From Patescibacteria group bacterium (GTDB lineage: Bacteria > Patescibacteriota > Patescibacteriia > UBA10025 > JAHIVO01), in contig JBAZKE010000001.1 of the NCBI GenBank assembly GCA_041650915.1, forward strand, positions 315,284-379,283: a DNA stretch of 64,000 nt, given 5' to 3'. Below, piece after piece: positions 56,231 to 64,000 of this stretch. Each line of letters starts with the position of its first letter. The stretch's first letter is position 1. The notes beneath the pieces are model-generated. The model was not told where the DNA came from and searched no databases. It saw only the letters and a list, made by a program, of their open reading frames with translations. A program made the translations under genes and the position numbers.

Positions 56231-57781
56231 ATGAACAGGTATGAACCAGTGATCGGCCTCGAGATTCATGTCCAGCTCAAAACCGTGAGCAAGATGTTTT
56301 GTTCGTGCGATAACACCGGCGAAGACCAACCGCCCAACACAACGATCTGCCCGATTTGCCTCGGCCACCCAGGCGTCCTCCCGATGCCGAACGAACAGGC
56401 GGTCAGGTGGGCTCTCATGGCTGCACTGGCGCTCGACTGCACGATCAATACGGAGACGCACTTTGACCGCAAGAGCTACTTCTATCCCGATTTGCCGAAG
56501 GGCTACCAGATATCGCAGTACGGCGCGCCGTTCGGGCACGACGGCCACCTGCTCATCGCGTTTGGAAAGACGAAACGCCGCGTACGCATCGAGCGCGTCC
56601 ACCTCGAAGAGGATACGGGCAAACTCCTGCACGAAGCTGATAGGGGCGCGAGCCTCGTAGACTACAACCGTGCCGGGACTCCGCTGCTGGAGATCGTAAC
56701 GCGTCCGGACCTGCAGACGCCGCAGGGTGCGCGGACATTTCTCCAGGAGCTCAGGCTCATCATGCGGTACCTCGGCATTTCAGATGCGGAAATGGAGAAG
56801 GGGCACCTGCGGTGCGATGCGAACATTTCACTGCGGCCAAATCCTGAGTATTTTCAGGATCGGGCGTCCGAAGGGAGCATCGGGCTTGATCCGAACAAAC
56901 TCTATCCGAAAACGGAAATCAAGAACCTCAATTCTTTCCGGTCGGTCGAGCGTTCGCTCGCATACGAGATTAAACGGCAGGAGGAGCTCTGGGACAAGGG
57001 CGAAGCTCCGCAGGTCCAGTCGACCCGCGGCTGGGACGATCAGAAGGGGGAGACGGTGCTCCAGCGCGTCAAGGAAGAACAGCATGACTACCGATACTTT
57101 CCAGAGCCGGATATACCGCCGCTCAGGATCGAGCAAGCCTGCCTGGATGGCATTCGGGAGGAACTGGTTGAGCTGCCGAGTGCGAAGCGCGAACGGTTCC
57201 GAGACGAGTTCGGGCTTGGCGAATACGATGTTACTATCCTCGTGGCTGACAAGGCGCTGTCGAGTTTTTTTGAGCAGGTGGTTTCCGAGCTGCGGGCATG
57301 GGTTTTAACGTTAGAACATGGCGGGGAAACCGAGGAGGAGATGTGGGCGCTGCATCGGAAGAAGCTGGTCAAGACAGCGGCCAACTGGATGATCAGCAGG
57401 CTGCTGGGGCTCCTCAACGCCGCGCACGTGCCCATCAAGAAGGCAAAGGTAACTCCGGAAAATTTTGCAGAACTCATCAAACTCGTGCATGAGCGCAGGC
57501 TCAACAAGCAGACCGCGGTCAGCGTGCTTGAGAAAATGTTCGGAACGGGCAAAGACCCCTCCGGTATCATGGAAGATGAAGATTTGAGCGGGCAAACCGA
57601 GGCTGGCGATCTGGGGCGGTTCGTCGATGGTGCGATTGCCCAGCATGAGAAGGCGGTCGCTGAGTACCGGGCGGGAAAGGAACCGGCGCTCCAGTACCTA
57701 ATCGGCCAGGTAATGAAAAAAACCAAGGGCAGGGCAGACGTGCAAGAGATCAAAAAACTGCTGCTGCTCAAGCTGCAGTAA
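56231..57781 (+). CDS. gatB: Asp-tRNA(Asn)/Glu-tRNA(Gln) amidotransferase subunit B
   Basis: MNRYEPVIGLEIHVQLKT...CPICLGHPGVLP. Start at the ATG at 56231, with TACAAT 6 nt upstream (leaderless). Confidence 0.92.
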   Translation: MNRYEPVIGLEIHVQLKTVSKMFCSCDNTGEDQPPNTTICPICLGHPGVLPMPNEQAVRWALMAALALDCTINTETHFDRKSYFYPDLPKGYQISQYGAPFGHDGHLLIAFGKTKRRVRIERVHLEEDTGKLLHEADRGASLVDYNRAGTPLLEIVTRPDLQTPQGARTFLQELRLIMRYLGISDAEMEKGHLRCDANISLRPNPEYFQDRASEGSIGLDPNKLYPKTEIKNLNSFRSVERSLAYEIKRQEELWDKGEAPQVQSTRGWDDQKGETVLQRVKEEQHDYRYFPEPDIPPLRIEQACLDGIREELVELPSAKRERFRDEFGLGEYDVTILVADKALSSFFEQVVSELRAWVLTLEHGGETEEEMWALHRKKLVKTAANWMISRLLGLLNAAHVPIKKAKVTPENFAELIKLVHERRLNKQTAVSVLEKMFGTGKDPSGIMEDEDLSGQTEAGDLGRFVDGAIAQHEKAVAEYRAGKEPALQYLIGQVMKKTKGRADVQEIKKLLLLKLQ

Positions 57782-57790
57782 GCTGGCGGG

Positions 57791-58132
57791 CTACTCGGTC
57801 CGTACTGATTCGAGGCCCGGTTTTCTCTTTTCGGATCGTTTTGTTTTGTATTTTTCGATCTGCCTGATCAGCTTCGGTACGCATAGGTCGATCGCCTCGC
57901 GCATCGTCTGCCCCTTTTGTCCCGCCTTGATGATTTTTTTCGAGAGGACGATAGACATCTCTACGCGGAACACAAGCCCGGTCCGCTGGTTTTTATCGTG
58001 GTCGAGCTCGACTTTCATTTCCTGGACCGGCACGGGGGAAAACTTTTCAGCATGGCGCATTTGCTTGGTTACGTAGTCCGTAAGCGTCGGGGTGATTTTA
58101 AATGTCTTTGCGCTGATAATGAGTGGCGGCAT
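57791..58132 (-). CDS. hpf: Ribosome hibernation promoting factor (YfiA/RaiA/HPF family)
   Basis: MPPLIISAKTFKITPTLTDYVTKQ...VEMSIVL is the typical short HPF beta-alpha-beta-beta-beta-alpha fold. Confidence 0.7.
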   Translation of the reverse strand: MPPLIISAKTFKITPTLTDYVTKQMRHAEKFSPVPVQEMKVELDHDKNQRTGLVFRVEMSIVLSKKIIKAGQKGQTMREAIDLCVPKLIRQIEKYKTKRSEKRKPGLESVRTE

Positions 58133-58180
58133 AGTTTTTCTTTTAGTATTCTTCCATTGTATTCGATTTTGCGCAACCGG

Positions 58181-59074
58181 TCAACCGAGGAAGCGTTTTA
58201 CCAATTGGGTTGCTTCTTCCTGGCTCTTGACCCAGCGGATATGCTTGTCACGCTGCAGCCAGGTCATCTGCCGCTTGGCAAAGTGCTTGATTGCAACTTT
58301 CAGCTGCCCAGCCATCTCATCTCTCAAGAGCTTGCCCTGCAGGAACAGGCTGATGTACCGGTACTCGAGCCCGAGCGCGTGGAGGCGTTTCCAGCTCACA
58401 CCGTGCTCGTGCAGATTGCGTACCTCGGCGATCATGCCCTGTTTGAACCGTTTGGCGAGCCGTTCGTCAATCCGCCGGTACAGGATTGCACGCGGGTGGG
58501 TAATGCCGAGCATGAGAGTACGGTACGGCGAATGGCGGCCGAGCTTGGGAACCGGTTTTCCGGTCGCCTGTACGATCTCAATTGCGCGGATGAGCCGGTA
58601 CGGATTGTGCGGGTCAATAGCCTTAGCGCGCTGCGGATCGAGCTTCCTGAGCATTGCGTGGAGCCGCGCGGGAGTTTCGCCCTTCAGGCGCGCCCGCAGC
58701 TTGGCGTCCGGTTTTACGTGCGGAATATCCAGATCGTATACAACGGCATCGACCCAGAATGCAGTTCCGCCGACGAGAAACGGAATGTGATTACGCGAAT
58801 GTATTTCACCGATAGTTTTGACCGCATCCCGCTTGAAGTGCGCGATAGTGTACTGCCGTTTGGGGGATGCGACATCGAGCAGGTGGTGCGGAGCCTGGCG
58901 CTGCTCGTGCTGTGAGGCTTTCCCTGACCCGATGTCCATGCCGCTATATACCTGCCGTGAGTCTGCTGAAACAACCTCACCGTTGAACTTTTTAGCGAGG
59001 GCAATCGAGAGCGCGGTTTTTCCTGCGCCGTTCGGGCCGACGATTGCTATGAGCGGCTTTTTTTGCATTGACAA
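58181..59074 (-). CDS. miaA: tRNA dimethylallyltransferase
   Basis: P-loop IVGPNGAGKTALSIALA, then VVSADSRQVYSGMDIGSGK. Confidence 0.92.
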   Translation of the reverse strand: MSMQKKPLIAIVGPNGAGKTALSIALAKKFNGEVVSADSRQVYSGMDIGSGKASQHEQRQAPHHLLDVASPKRQYTIAHFKRDAVKTIGEIHSRNHIPFLVGGTAFWVDAVVYDLDIPHVKPDAKLRARLKGETPARLHAMLRKLDPQRAKAIDPHNPYRLIRAIEIVQATGKPVPKLGRHSPYRTLMLGITHPRAILYRRIDERLAKRFKQGMIAEVRNLHEHGVSWKRLHALGLEYRYISLFLQGKLLRDEMAGQLKVAIKHFAKRQMTWLQRDKHIRWVKSQEEATQLVKRFLG

Positions 59075-59147
59075 TTCTCCTGGTTATTTGGTAGTTTCAA
59101 TTAACATAGTACACCATATTTAACAATGCGAGGAGAGAGGAGGCCGC

Positions 59148-59603
59148 ATGGCTTTCGTTTTCGTATTTGAGAAATACGCAGGGGATACGCCCGGACCGAT
59201 TGCAGCGGCATTGACAAATAGCGGGCACTTTATCCATTGCTCTCGGGACCCCGATGATGCGTTCAGACGCTTTACGGGAGTAAACTACGCCGCGATCATC
59301 ATTGACCTTACCGATTGCCGTGATTCGATGGCGCAGGATTTCATGATGAGGGTGAAGGAGCTCTATCCGACGACGCCGGTCATTGTCTATACTCAATGGA
59401 GTGGAGAGCTCCGGAGCAAGTCAAGGGTGTGGGGTTTCAAAGAAGCCGTGCTCGCGGCAAAAATGCTGCTGTTGTTGGACAAGGGCGCTGAGCTTACCAA
59501 CGAAGCGCTGTTCGGGCCGAGCGTCATCATTGTTGAGAGTATCTCAACGTTCCAAGCGCTTATGCCGTTGCTGTACCGGCGCGCTGAACGGCAGATTTGC
59601 TAG
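59148..59603 (+). CDS. Divergent stand-alone receiver (REC)-like domain protein
   Basis: Alpha/beta pattern with AAIIIDL (candidate phospho-Asp) and VIVYTQ, but a non-canonical acidic pocket (FVFE). Strong SD. Confidence 0.4.
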   Translation: MAFVFVFEKYAGDTPGPIAAALTNSGHFIHCSRDPDDAFRRFTGVNYAAIIIDLTDCRDSMAQDFMMRVKELYPTTPVIVYTQWSGELRSKSRVWGFKEAVLAAKMLLLLDKGAELTNEALFGPSVIIVESISTFQALMPLLYRRAERQIC

Positions 59604-59744
59604 TTCTGTACTTTTTTTCGGAAAGACCACGTCCAAATCCTCGCGGACGTGGTGTTTTCTTTGCGGCAGCCCTTGACAAAGTGGCGCATGTATGGTAGTC
59701 TGCTTGAAAACGTGTAACAAACAAGCCTGTAAGGAGGGAACCAC

Positions 59745-60125
59745 ATGGTGAAATTGCTCGTTGTAGATGATGAGGGTGAAATTCTTGATGTGATCGCTGA
59801 GGAACTGGATGGTTTGCACAAAGTGCATCCGGCGTCAAACAGCGACGAAGCGTTTGCAGTGCTCGGTGAGCAAACCATTGACGCTTTGCTCTGCGACGTT
59901 GACCTGGCTGACTCGGAATTGCAGGGCGATGAGCTCATGGCAGTTGTCCAGGCGGACTACCCGGGCGTCACTATTGTTGCGATGACCGGCGGCGTTTCGC
60001 AGAATCTGCCGTTCATTATGCACGCTGGCGTCCGCCATGTGCTCCGGAAGCCTTTCTCACGCAATGCGCTGATCAGCATCATCGATGAAGCGCTCGGAAT
60101 ACACAGGGATACCGTTAGCGTATAG
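59745..60125 (+). CDS. Single-domain response regulator (CheY-like receiver)
   Basis: LLVVDDE, LLCDVDLAD (phospho-Asp), VAMTGG (Thr), LRKPFS (Lys). Canonical REC. Confidence 0.8.
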   Translation: MVKLLVVDDEGEILDVIAEELDGLHKVHPASNSDEAFAVLGEQTIDALLCDVDLADSELQGDELMAVVQADYPGVTIVAMTGGVSQNLPFIMHAGVRHVLRKPFSRNALISIIDEALGIHRDTVSV

Positions 60126-60180
60126 CACCGTGTATGTGCGCATCTGGCCGCGTCCATCCGATTTGGAGGCGGCCTTTTTC

Positions 60181-60209
60181 TTGACGCGATGTGCTGTTTT
60201 TGCTAGTAT
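60181..60209 (+). promoter_or_regulatory. Sigma-70-type promoter for the third REC-like gene
   Basis: TTGACG, 17-nt spacer, TAGTAT. Confidence 0.45.
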
Positions 60210-60258
60210 TTTTTAATAAAATAAAAACCGAACCAGGGATTTTTACCAGGAGGGTAGT

Positions 60259-60726
60259 ATGGCTGTTTCCAGGTTACCGTTGCTCACGTTCCAGATGAGC
60301 GCCAGGGAAAAGGGCACGTGCTTTGGACTTGCTGACATGCTTGATCGGGCGGGTTTTCGGATCGTGGATATCAACTGCTGTGAGCTGATTGAAACGTTTA
60401 TGCGGCTGCATCCGGACGGGGCGCGCTACCTCTTCCATGGGGTCGTCCTGTACGTTGGAGCGCTTGGCAGCCAGGAGTGCGGATCCGCGATGTGGCTGCT
60501 CAATAAGCTCAAAGATCTGGGGTGTACGCTCCCGTGCCTCGTGATCACGAGTACCGTCAGGAGGACGATCGAGAGCTTCGCTGCTAAGGATTTTCCGCGG
60601 GTAGTCCAGCTGAGATCGCCGCGGCAGTTCCCGAAACGGCGCCAGGGTACGTTTGAAGTATTCGTGATAGGGTGCCCTACGGACGTGGATCGGCTCATCC
60701 AGGCAGTGCAGCTTCTGCTGGAGTGA
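60259..60726 (+). CDS. Degenerate receiver-like / pseudo-receiver domain protein
   Basis: REC-like secondary-structure periodicity (CLVITST). Lacks an obvious phospho-acceptor Asp. Strong SD. Confidence 0.35.
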   Translation: MAVSRLPLLTFQMSAREKGTCFGLADMLDRAGFRIVDINCCELIETFMRLHPDGARYLFHGVVLYVGALGSQECGSAMWLLNKLKDLGCTLPCLVITSTVRRTIESFAAKDFPRVVQLRSPRQFPKRRQGTFEVFVIGCPTDVDRLIQAVQLLLE

Positions 60727-60797
60727 GGCAGTTCGTCTGATCAGATTTGAACGCTTGACCGCGCTAACCCTTTTAGGAAGGCGCGGTTTTCTATTGC

Positions 60798-60826
60798 TTG
60801 ACAGAGCAGTCGATTTTTGTTATGCT
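60798..60826 (+). promoter_or_regulatory. Sigma-70-type promoter for the 60879 gene
   Basis: TTGACA, 17-nt spacer, TATGCT. The ORF-track TTG start lies inside this promoter. Confidence 0.4.
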
Positions 60827-60878
60827 TCAACGCCATCCAAACAACATTGTCCTTAAACAAATAAACAGGAGGTGTCCC

Positions 60879-61532
60879 GTGGCACAGAACAGAATCGTTC
60901 GAGTGCTTCAGGTCACCGCCATGAAGCACCCAGTCACAACGATGGCCGCGCTCTTCGGTTCGTATTTCGCGCTGTACCACTTTGTTGATCAGCTGCCATT
61001 TGCGAGAGAAATACTCGATACGCTCATGATGCTGTTCTCGAGCGAGACGGCGGTCGTCATGCTGTACCGTGCGGGGCAGCCGTTCAAAACCATCGTTACA
61101 CGGTTATTTCTCGCTGAGTCTTTTGTCTTCGTATTTGACCAGCTCGTCGTAACCGGCCTGCTGAGGTGGGGCTGGACCAGGGAATTGATTGATGCGCTGA
61201 GCCGCTGGGGTAAGGCATTTATCAGGGATATCAAAGCTAAATTCAGAGCGATGTTCCCTGAGTTGGCCAACTCTGACAGTGCATTCATGCGGTTCTTGAT
61301 GCGCCTTTTCAGTGCGTACCATGAACCGCACAAAGCCGGCCTGAAGATCGTCTTCGCACTGGGTTTAATACCAAAACCCCCGCTCATCCCGGTCGGCGGA
61401 TTCAGCATCGGCGTTCTCGTCGTACGGTACAACGGGTACGGCTGGCGCGGCTGGCTGGCGCTCCTTTCTGGCATGCTTTTACGAAACACACTCTGGCTCC
61501 TCGGCGTGTACGGAGTGGGTGCGCTCCTATGA
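60879..61532 (+). CDS. Hypothetical membrane protein (GTG start with AGGAGG SD)
   Basis: AGGAGG lies 6 nt before the GTG at 60879. Several hydrophobic helices. Confidence 0.5.
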   Translation: MAQNRIVRVLQVTAMKHPVTTMAALFGSYFALYHFVDQLPFAREILDTLMMLFSSETAVVMLYRAGQPFKTIVTRLFLAESFVFVFDQLVVTGLLRWGWTRELIDALSRWGKAFIRDIKAKFRAMFPELANSDSAFMRFLMRLFSAYHEPHKAGLKIVFALGLIPKPPLIPVGGFSIGVLVVRYNGYGWRGWLALLSGMLLRNTLWLLGVYGVGALL

Positions 61533-62939
61533 CAGGCTGCTTTGTGTACGTTCTGTACTCACGGCGGCCTGTTTTCTTTTTCCAGCCAGGCCCCACGGGC
61601 TCGCTTTGGTTACGGTTACGCGCACGAATGTACCTGTTGCGTTTTTCCCCCGAAAACGGATTGATTTGTATGTATCAGTTTTTCCGACATTTTCTTTTTT
61701 TTGGGCATCGTACGATTCTACGAGCACCGCGACTTCATTTCCGATGAGTTCACGGTTTTTTTGGAGCGCGGTTTTCTCGAGCAGGGTGTTGAGTATCTGC
61801 TTCCTCCTCTTTTTTTCCGTACGCGGGACGTCGTCTTCAAAAAAGCGCGCTGCTGCGGTTCCAGGGCGGGGGGAGTATTCCGCGATGTACGCCATATCGT
61901 ACCGTACGGCTGCCATAAGATCGGCGGTGTGCTGAAACTGCTCTTCTGTTTCACCGGGAAAGCCGACGATCACGTCGGTTGTGATGGCGACGCCAGGCCA
62001 TGCGCTCCTGATTTTGTCGATGAGCCCGAGGTAGTACTCGCGCGTGTGGCGCCGGTTCATTCTCCTGAGAATTTCATCATCTCCGGACTGGATCGGCAGG
62101 TGAAGGTAGGGAGTGACCTTTTTGCATTTCGGCAGCGCAGCGATGAGTTCATCGGAAATATCCTGGGGATTTGAAGTAAGGAAACGCATCCAAAAATTAC
62201 CCTTGAGGCGGTTGAGTTTTATGAGGAGCTGTGCAAAGTCTTTCGGCACGTCCGTGGTCGCAGCGCGGAACTGGATCGGCTGGTCTCTGTCAAATTTCCA
62301 CTGGGCGCGGGCGCGCGATTCGATGAGCTCCGGATCGTGGGGAGCTTCGGGGTCAATGTATGCATTGACATTCTGCCCGAGCAGCATGATTTCGCGGTAT
62401 TCTGCCGCGATGAGCCCGCGTACCTCAGCGATGATATCGGCAGAAGGGCGCGATGCTTCCTCGCCGCGCGTGTAGGGGACCGCGCAGTACGTGCAGTAGT
62501 TGTTGCAGCCGGTCATGACCGGCACGTGCGCGATGAGCGGAGATGCGCGGTGCGGATCGAACGCGAGGTAGTCCGCGTTCGTGATCGCCTCGGCCGGTTT
62601 GTCTGCGGTCAGCCCGAGCAGGCGGGGCAGCCTGTGCATCTCGTGCGTACGGATGAGAATATCGAAGCGCTCGCGGAATTTTTTCCGGTCGTCCGGCAGT
62701 ACGCAGCCCGTGAGCACGGTTCTGATTTTTTTATCCCGCTGCCACGAGCGCCACCGTTCAAGCTTGCCAAAAATTTTATCGACCGCTTTCTGCCTGACTG
62801 AACAGGCGAAGACGATAATAACGTCAGCCGACCGTTCATCGTCCGTCTCGGTGCAACCGTACGCCCTGAGGATGCCCGACAGCCGTTCCGCATCGGACTC
62901 GTTCATCTGGCATCCGACGATGTAGAGGAAGTACTTCAT
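61527..62939 (-). CDS. miaB: MiaB/RimO-family radical SAM methylthiotransferase (likely tRNA-i6A37 methylthiotransferase MiaB)
   Basis: N-terminal MTTase domain (IVGCQMNESDAERL...FACSV). Radical SAM VMTGCNNYCTYCAVP. C-terminal TRAM. Confidence 0.65.
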   Translation of the reverse strand: MKYFLYIVGCQMNESDAERLSGILRAYGCTETDDERSADVIIVFACSVRQKAVDKIFGKLERWRSWQRDKKIRTVLTGCVLPDDRKKFRERFDILIRTHEMHRLPRLLGLTADKPAEAITNADYLAFDPHRASPLIAHVPVMTGCNNYCTYCAVPYTRGEEASRPSADIIAEVRGLIAAEYREIMLLGQNVNAYIDPEAPHDPELIESRARAQWKFDRDQPIQFRAATTDVPKDFAQLLIKLNRLKGNFWMRFLTSNPQDISDELIAALPKCKKVTPYLHLPIQSGDDEILRRMNRRHTREYYLGLIDKIRSAWPGVAITTDVIVGFPGETEEQFQHTADLMAAVRYDMAYIAEYSPRPGTAAARFFEDDVPRTEKKRRKQILNTLLEKTALQKNRELIGNEVAVLVESYDAQKKENVGKTDTYKSIRFRGKNATGTFVRVTVTKASPWGLAGKRKQAAVSTERTQSSLS

Positions 62940-63007
62940 ACGTAACCGTCATTGTAGAGGGTTAACCTTTTCTTTACAAGCCATTCGGTGCTATACTGGC
63001 AGCAGGA

Positions 63008-63196
63008 ATGCTAAGCTTTCTGCGTATGACTGATGCCGGCGAACAATTGAAAGAGGCAGGGGATAAATTCCCGCAAAAGGAAACGGCGGTAACGACCGAA
63101 CAGAAGATGGGCGTGGGCGTTAAAGTTTTGCTGACCATTATCGTTATTGGCGCCGTTGCCGCTGGCGTGTACGCCGCGCTCACGCTTTCGTCGTAA
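63008..63196 (+). CDS. Small single-TM protein
   Basis: 62 aa with a C-terminal TM (VLLTIIVIGAVAAGVYAALTL). Confidence 0.35.
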   Translation: MLSFLRMTDAGEQLKEAGDKFPQKETAVTTEQKMGVGVKVLLTIIVIGAVAAGVYAALTLSS

Positions 63197-63354
63197 TATA
63201 TTTTACATTATTCGCCGCGTTTTTAGGCGGTTTTTTAGTTATCCACAGGCTGACCTTTGACCATGCTTAAAATAAGTTATAGACTATAATCCCTGACTGA
63301 GCTAATGGGGCTCTTTGTGAGGATTGAGCCCCAAAGGCTTGTTAGGTGTATTGG

Positions 63355-63382
63355 ACAACTGGTCCACGTGGACTAGTTGTCT
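63355..63382. promoter_or_regulatory. 28-nt near-perfect palindrome centred on ACGT (candidate operator or structured RNA element)
   Basis: GACAACTGGTCCACGTGGACTAGTTGTC, with 26 of 28 positions self-complementary. Confidence 0.35.
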
Positions 63383-63588
63383 CAACAAAAAAGCGATCCT
63401 GCTCTTTTCTTGGCCAATTATTCTACCGTGCATGTGTGCTCTATACCTTCGGTGCCTGACTGGCAGCTTGCTGCCAACGGAACCAAGCACGGACGGCCGA
63501 ATGGCGTGATGTGAAAACGGCATCTTCGGGTGCCATAGCTCCAGCTCGAGCTGGACGTATTTCCTACGAAGGATCGCTTTGACAGTCG

Positions 63589-63626
63589 GTGGTGTCGCTC
63601 TTATAGGGCACCACCGATATTTTTTA
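63589..63626. terminator. Intrinsic terminator
   Basis: GGTGGTG-tcgctcttatagggc-CACCACCgatatttttt. Confidence 0.55.
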
Positions 63627-63642
63627 ATTTCCAAAAAACCGG

Positions 63643-63675
63643 ATATAACATTCATCCGGTTTTTGGTTGGTGCAC
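63643..63675. terminator. Bidirectional intrinsic terminator (serves thrS on the minus strand)
   Basis: aaaaaaCCGGAT-ataacattc-ATCCGGtttttgg. Confidence 0.7.
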
Positions 63676-63682
63676 TCTTAAG

Positions 63683-64000
63683 CTATTTCTTTTTCTCAAT
63701 CTCGGATTGCACCCGCTCGATGAATTTTTTTACCGTCGTTTTCACGAGCTGCTTCTTGCCGCGAATGCGGACATTGAGTGATGCGCTCTTTACTTCCTTA
63801 TCGCCGAGCACGAGCATGTACGGTATTTTTTTCTTTTCCGCAACTCTGATTTTATGGCCGACCGTCTCGTTGTCCGCATTCAATTCGGTCCGGATGCCTG
63901 ATTCGGAAAGCTGCTTCTCGAGTTTTTTTGCGCATGACACGTGCGTTTTGCCGACTGTCAGAATGACTACTTGAACCGGAGCAAGCCATATTGGAAATGC
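63683..64000 (-). CDS. thrS: Threonine--tRNA ligase, C-terminal anticodon-binding domain (partial; continues beyond the window)
   Basis: ...GIRTELNADNETVGHKIRVAEKKKIPYMLVLGDKEVKSASLNVRIRG... is a typical ThrRS C-terminus. The frame is open to the window edge. Confidence 0.8.
   Translation of the reverse strand, partial: AFPIWLAPVQVVILTVGKTHVSCAKKLEKQLSESGIRTELNADNETVGHKIRVAEKKKIPYMLVLGDKEVKSASLNVRIRGKKQLVKTTVKKFIERVQSEIEKKK

Noticed and set aside
63270-63640. tmRNA, RNase P RNA or SRP RNA in the structured intergenic region
   Set aside because: None of the universally conserved motifs (GGAAAGUCCGG, GUCAGGUCCGGAAGG, tRNA-like 3' CCA arm with GGUUCGAAUCC) could be found on either strand. Kept only as an unclassified structured region.

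Overview
This 64 kb window is high-GC (about 60%) bacterial chromosome, densely coding on both strands. There are no rRNA or tRNA genes and no CRISPR array. The organism uses canonical sigma-70 promoters (TTGACA-N17-TATAAT), Shine-Dalgarno sites, and a recurring leaderless arrangement (a -10 box 6-8 nt before the ATG). Many proteins are anchored by one N-terminal TM helix followed by an Asn/Thr-rich linker. This resembles uncultivated lineages (Patescibacteria/CPR-like or Chloroflexi-like), but phylum cannot be assigned from this window.

First half (1-36 kb), accessory and envelope genes:
- MacB-type ABC exporter (FtsX permease plus ATPase).
- ECF sigma/anti-sigma pair, divergent from a 1663-aa secreted giant protein (about 10 Ig-like CarboxypepD_reg domains plus a C-terminal eight-blade FG-GAP propeller with 168-nt tandem DNA repeats), followed by two paralogous membrane-anchored proteins sharing a CC motif.
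- CYTH protein, M32 (Taq-type) carboxypeptidase, clan GH-A glycosidase, and a pair of half-ferritin-like mini-ORFs next to a flavodoxin.
- A sharply low-GC island (21.3-23.3 kb) carrying DUF4177, a Panacea/SocA-domain antitoxin overlapping an unknown RelE/ParE-like toxin candidate, and a small GIY-YIG nuclease module with characteristic hairpins.
- ABC-2 transporter, SRPBCC protein, surface protein, DUF3795, MsrB-MsrA, PQQ sugar dehydrogenase.

Second half (36-64 kb), housekeeping genes and a second low-GC patch:
- UvrD-helicase/Cas4-like nuclease fusion.
- A second GIY-YIG module with the same flanking hairpins, next to a low-GC Hjc-like PD-(D/E)XK orphan.
- M23 peptidase, DciA(DUF721), pheS, an EgtD-like methyltransferase inserted between pheS and pheT, CaCA antiporter, gyrB.
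- secE-nusG-rplK, an internally duplicated membrane protein inserted before rplA.
- A contiguous dCMP deaminase-dut-thyA-folA-tmk thymidylate block, then gatB, hpf, miaA.
- Three tandem stand-alone receiver proteins, a MiaB-family radical SAM enzyme, and the 3' end of thrS.

The most interesting loci are the two low-GC GIY-YIG-marked cargo patches (a putative novel PanA-type TA pair, and an Hjc-like nuclease), the sigma/anti-sigma/giant-adhesin locus, the split ferritin-like pair, and the unusual insertions inside pheST and rplKA.
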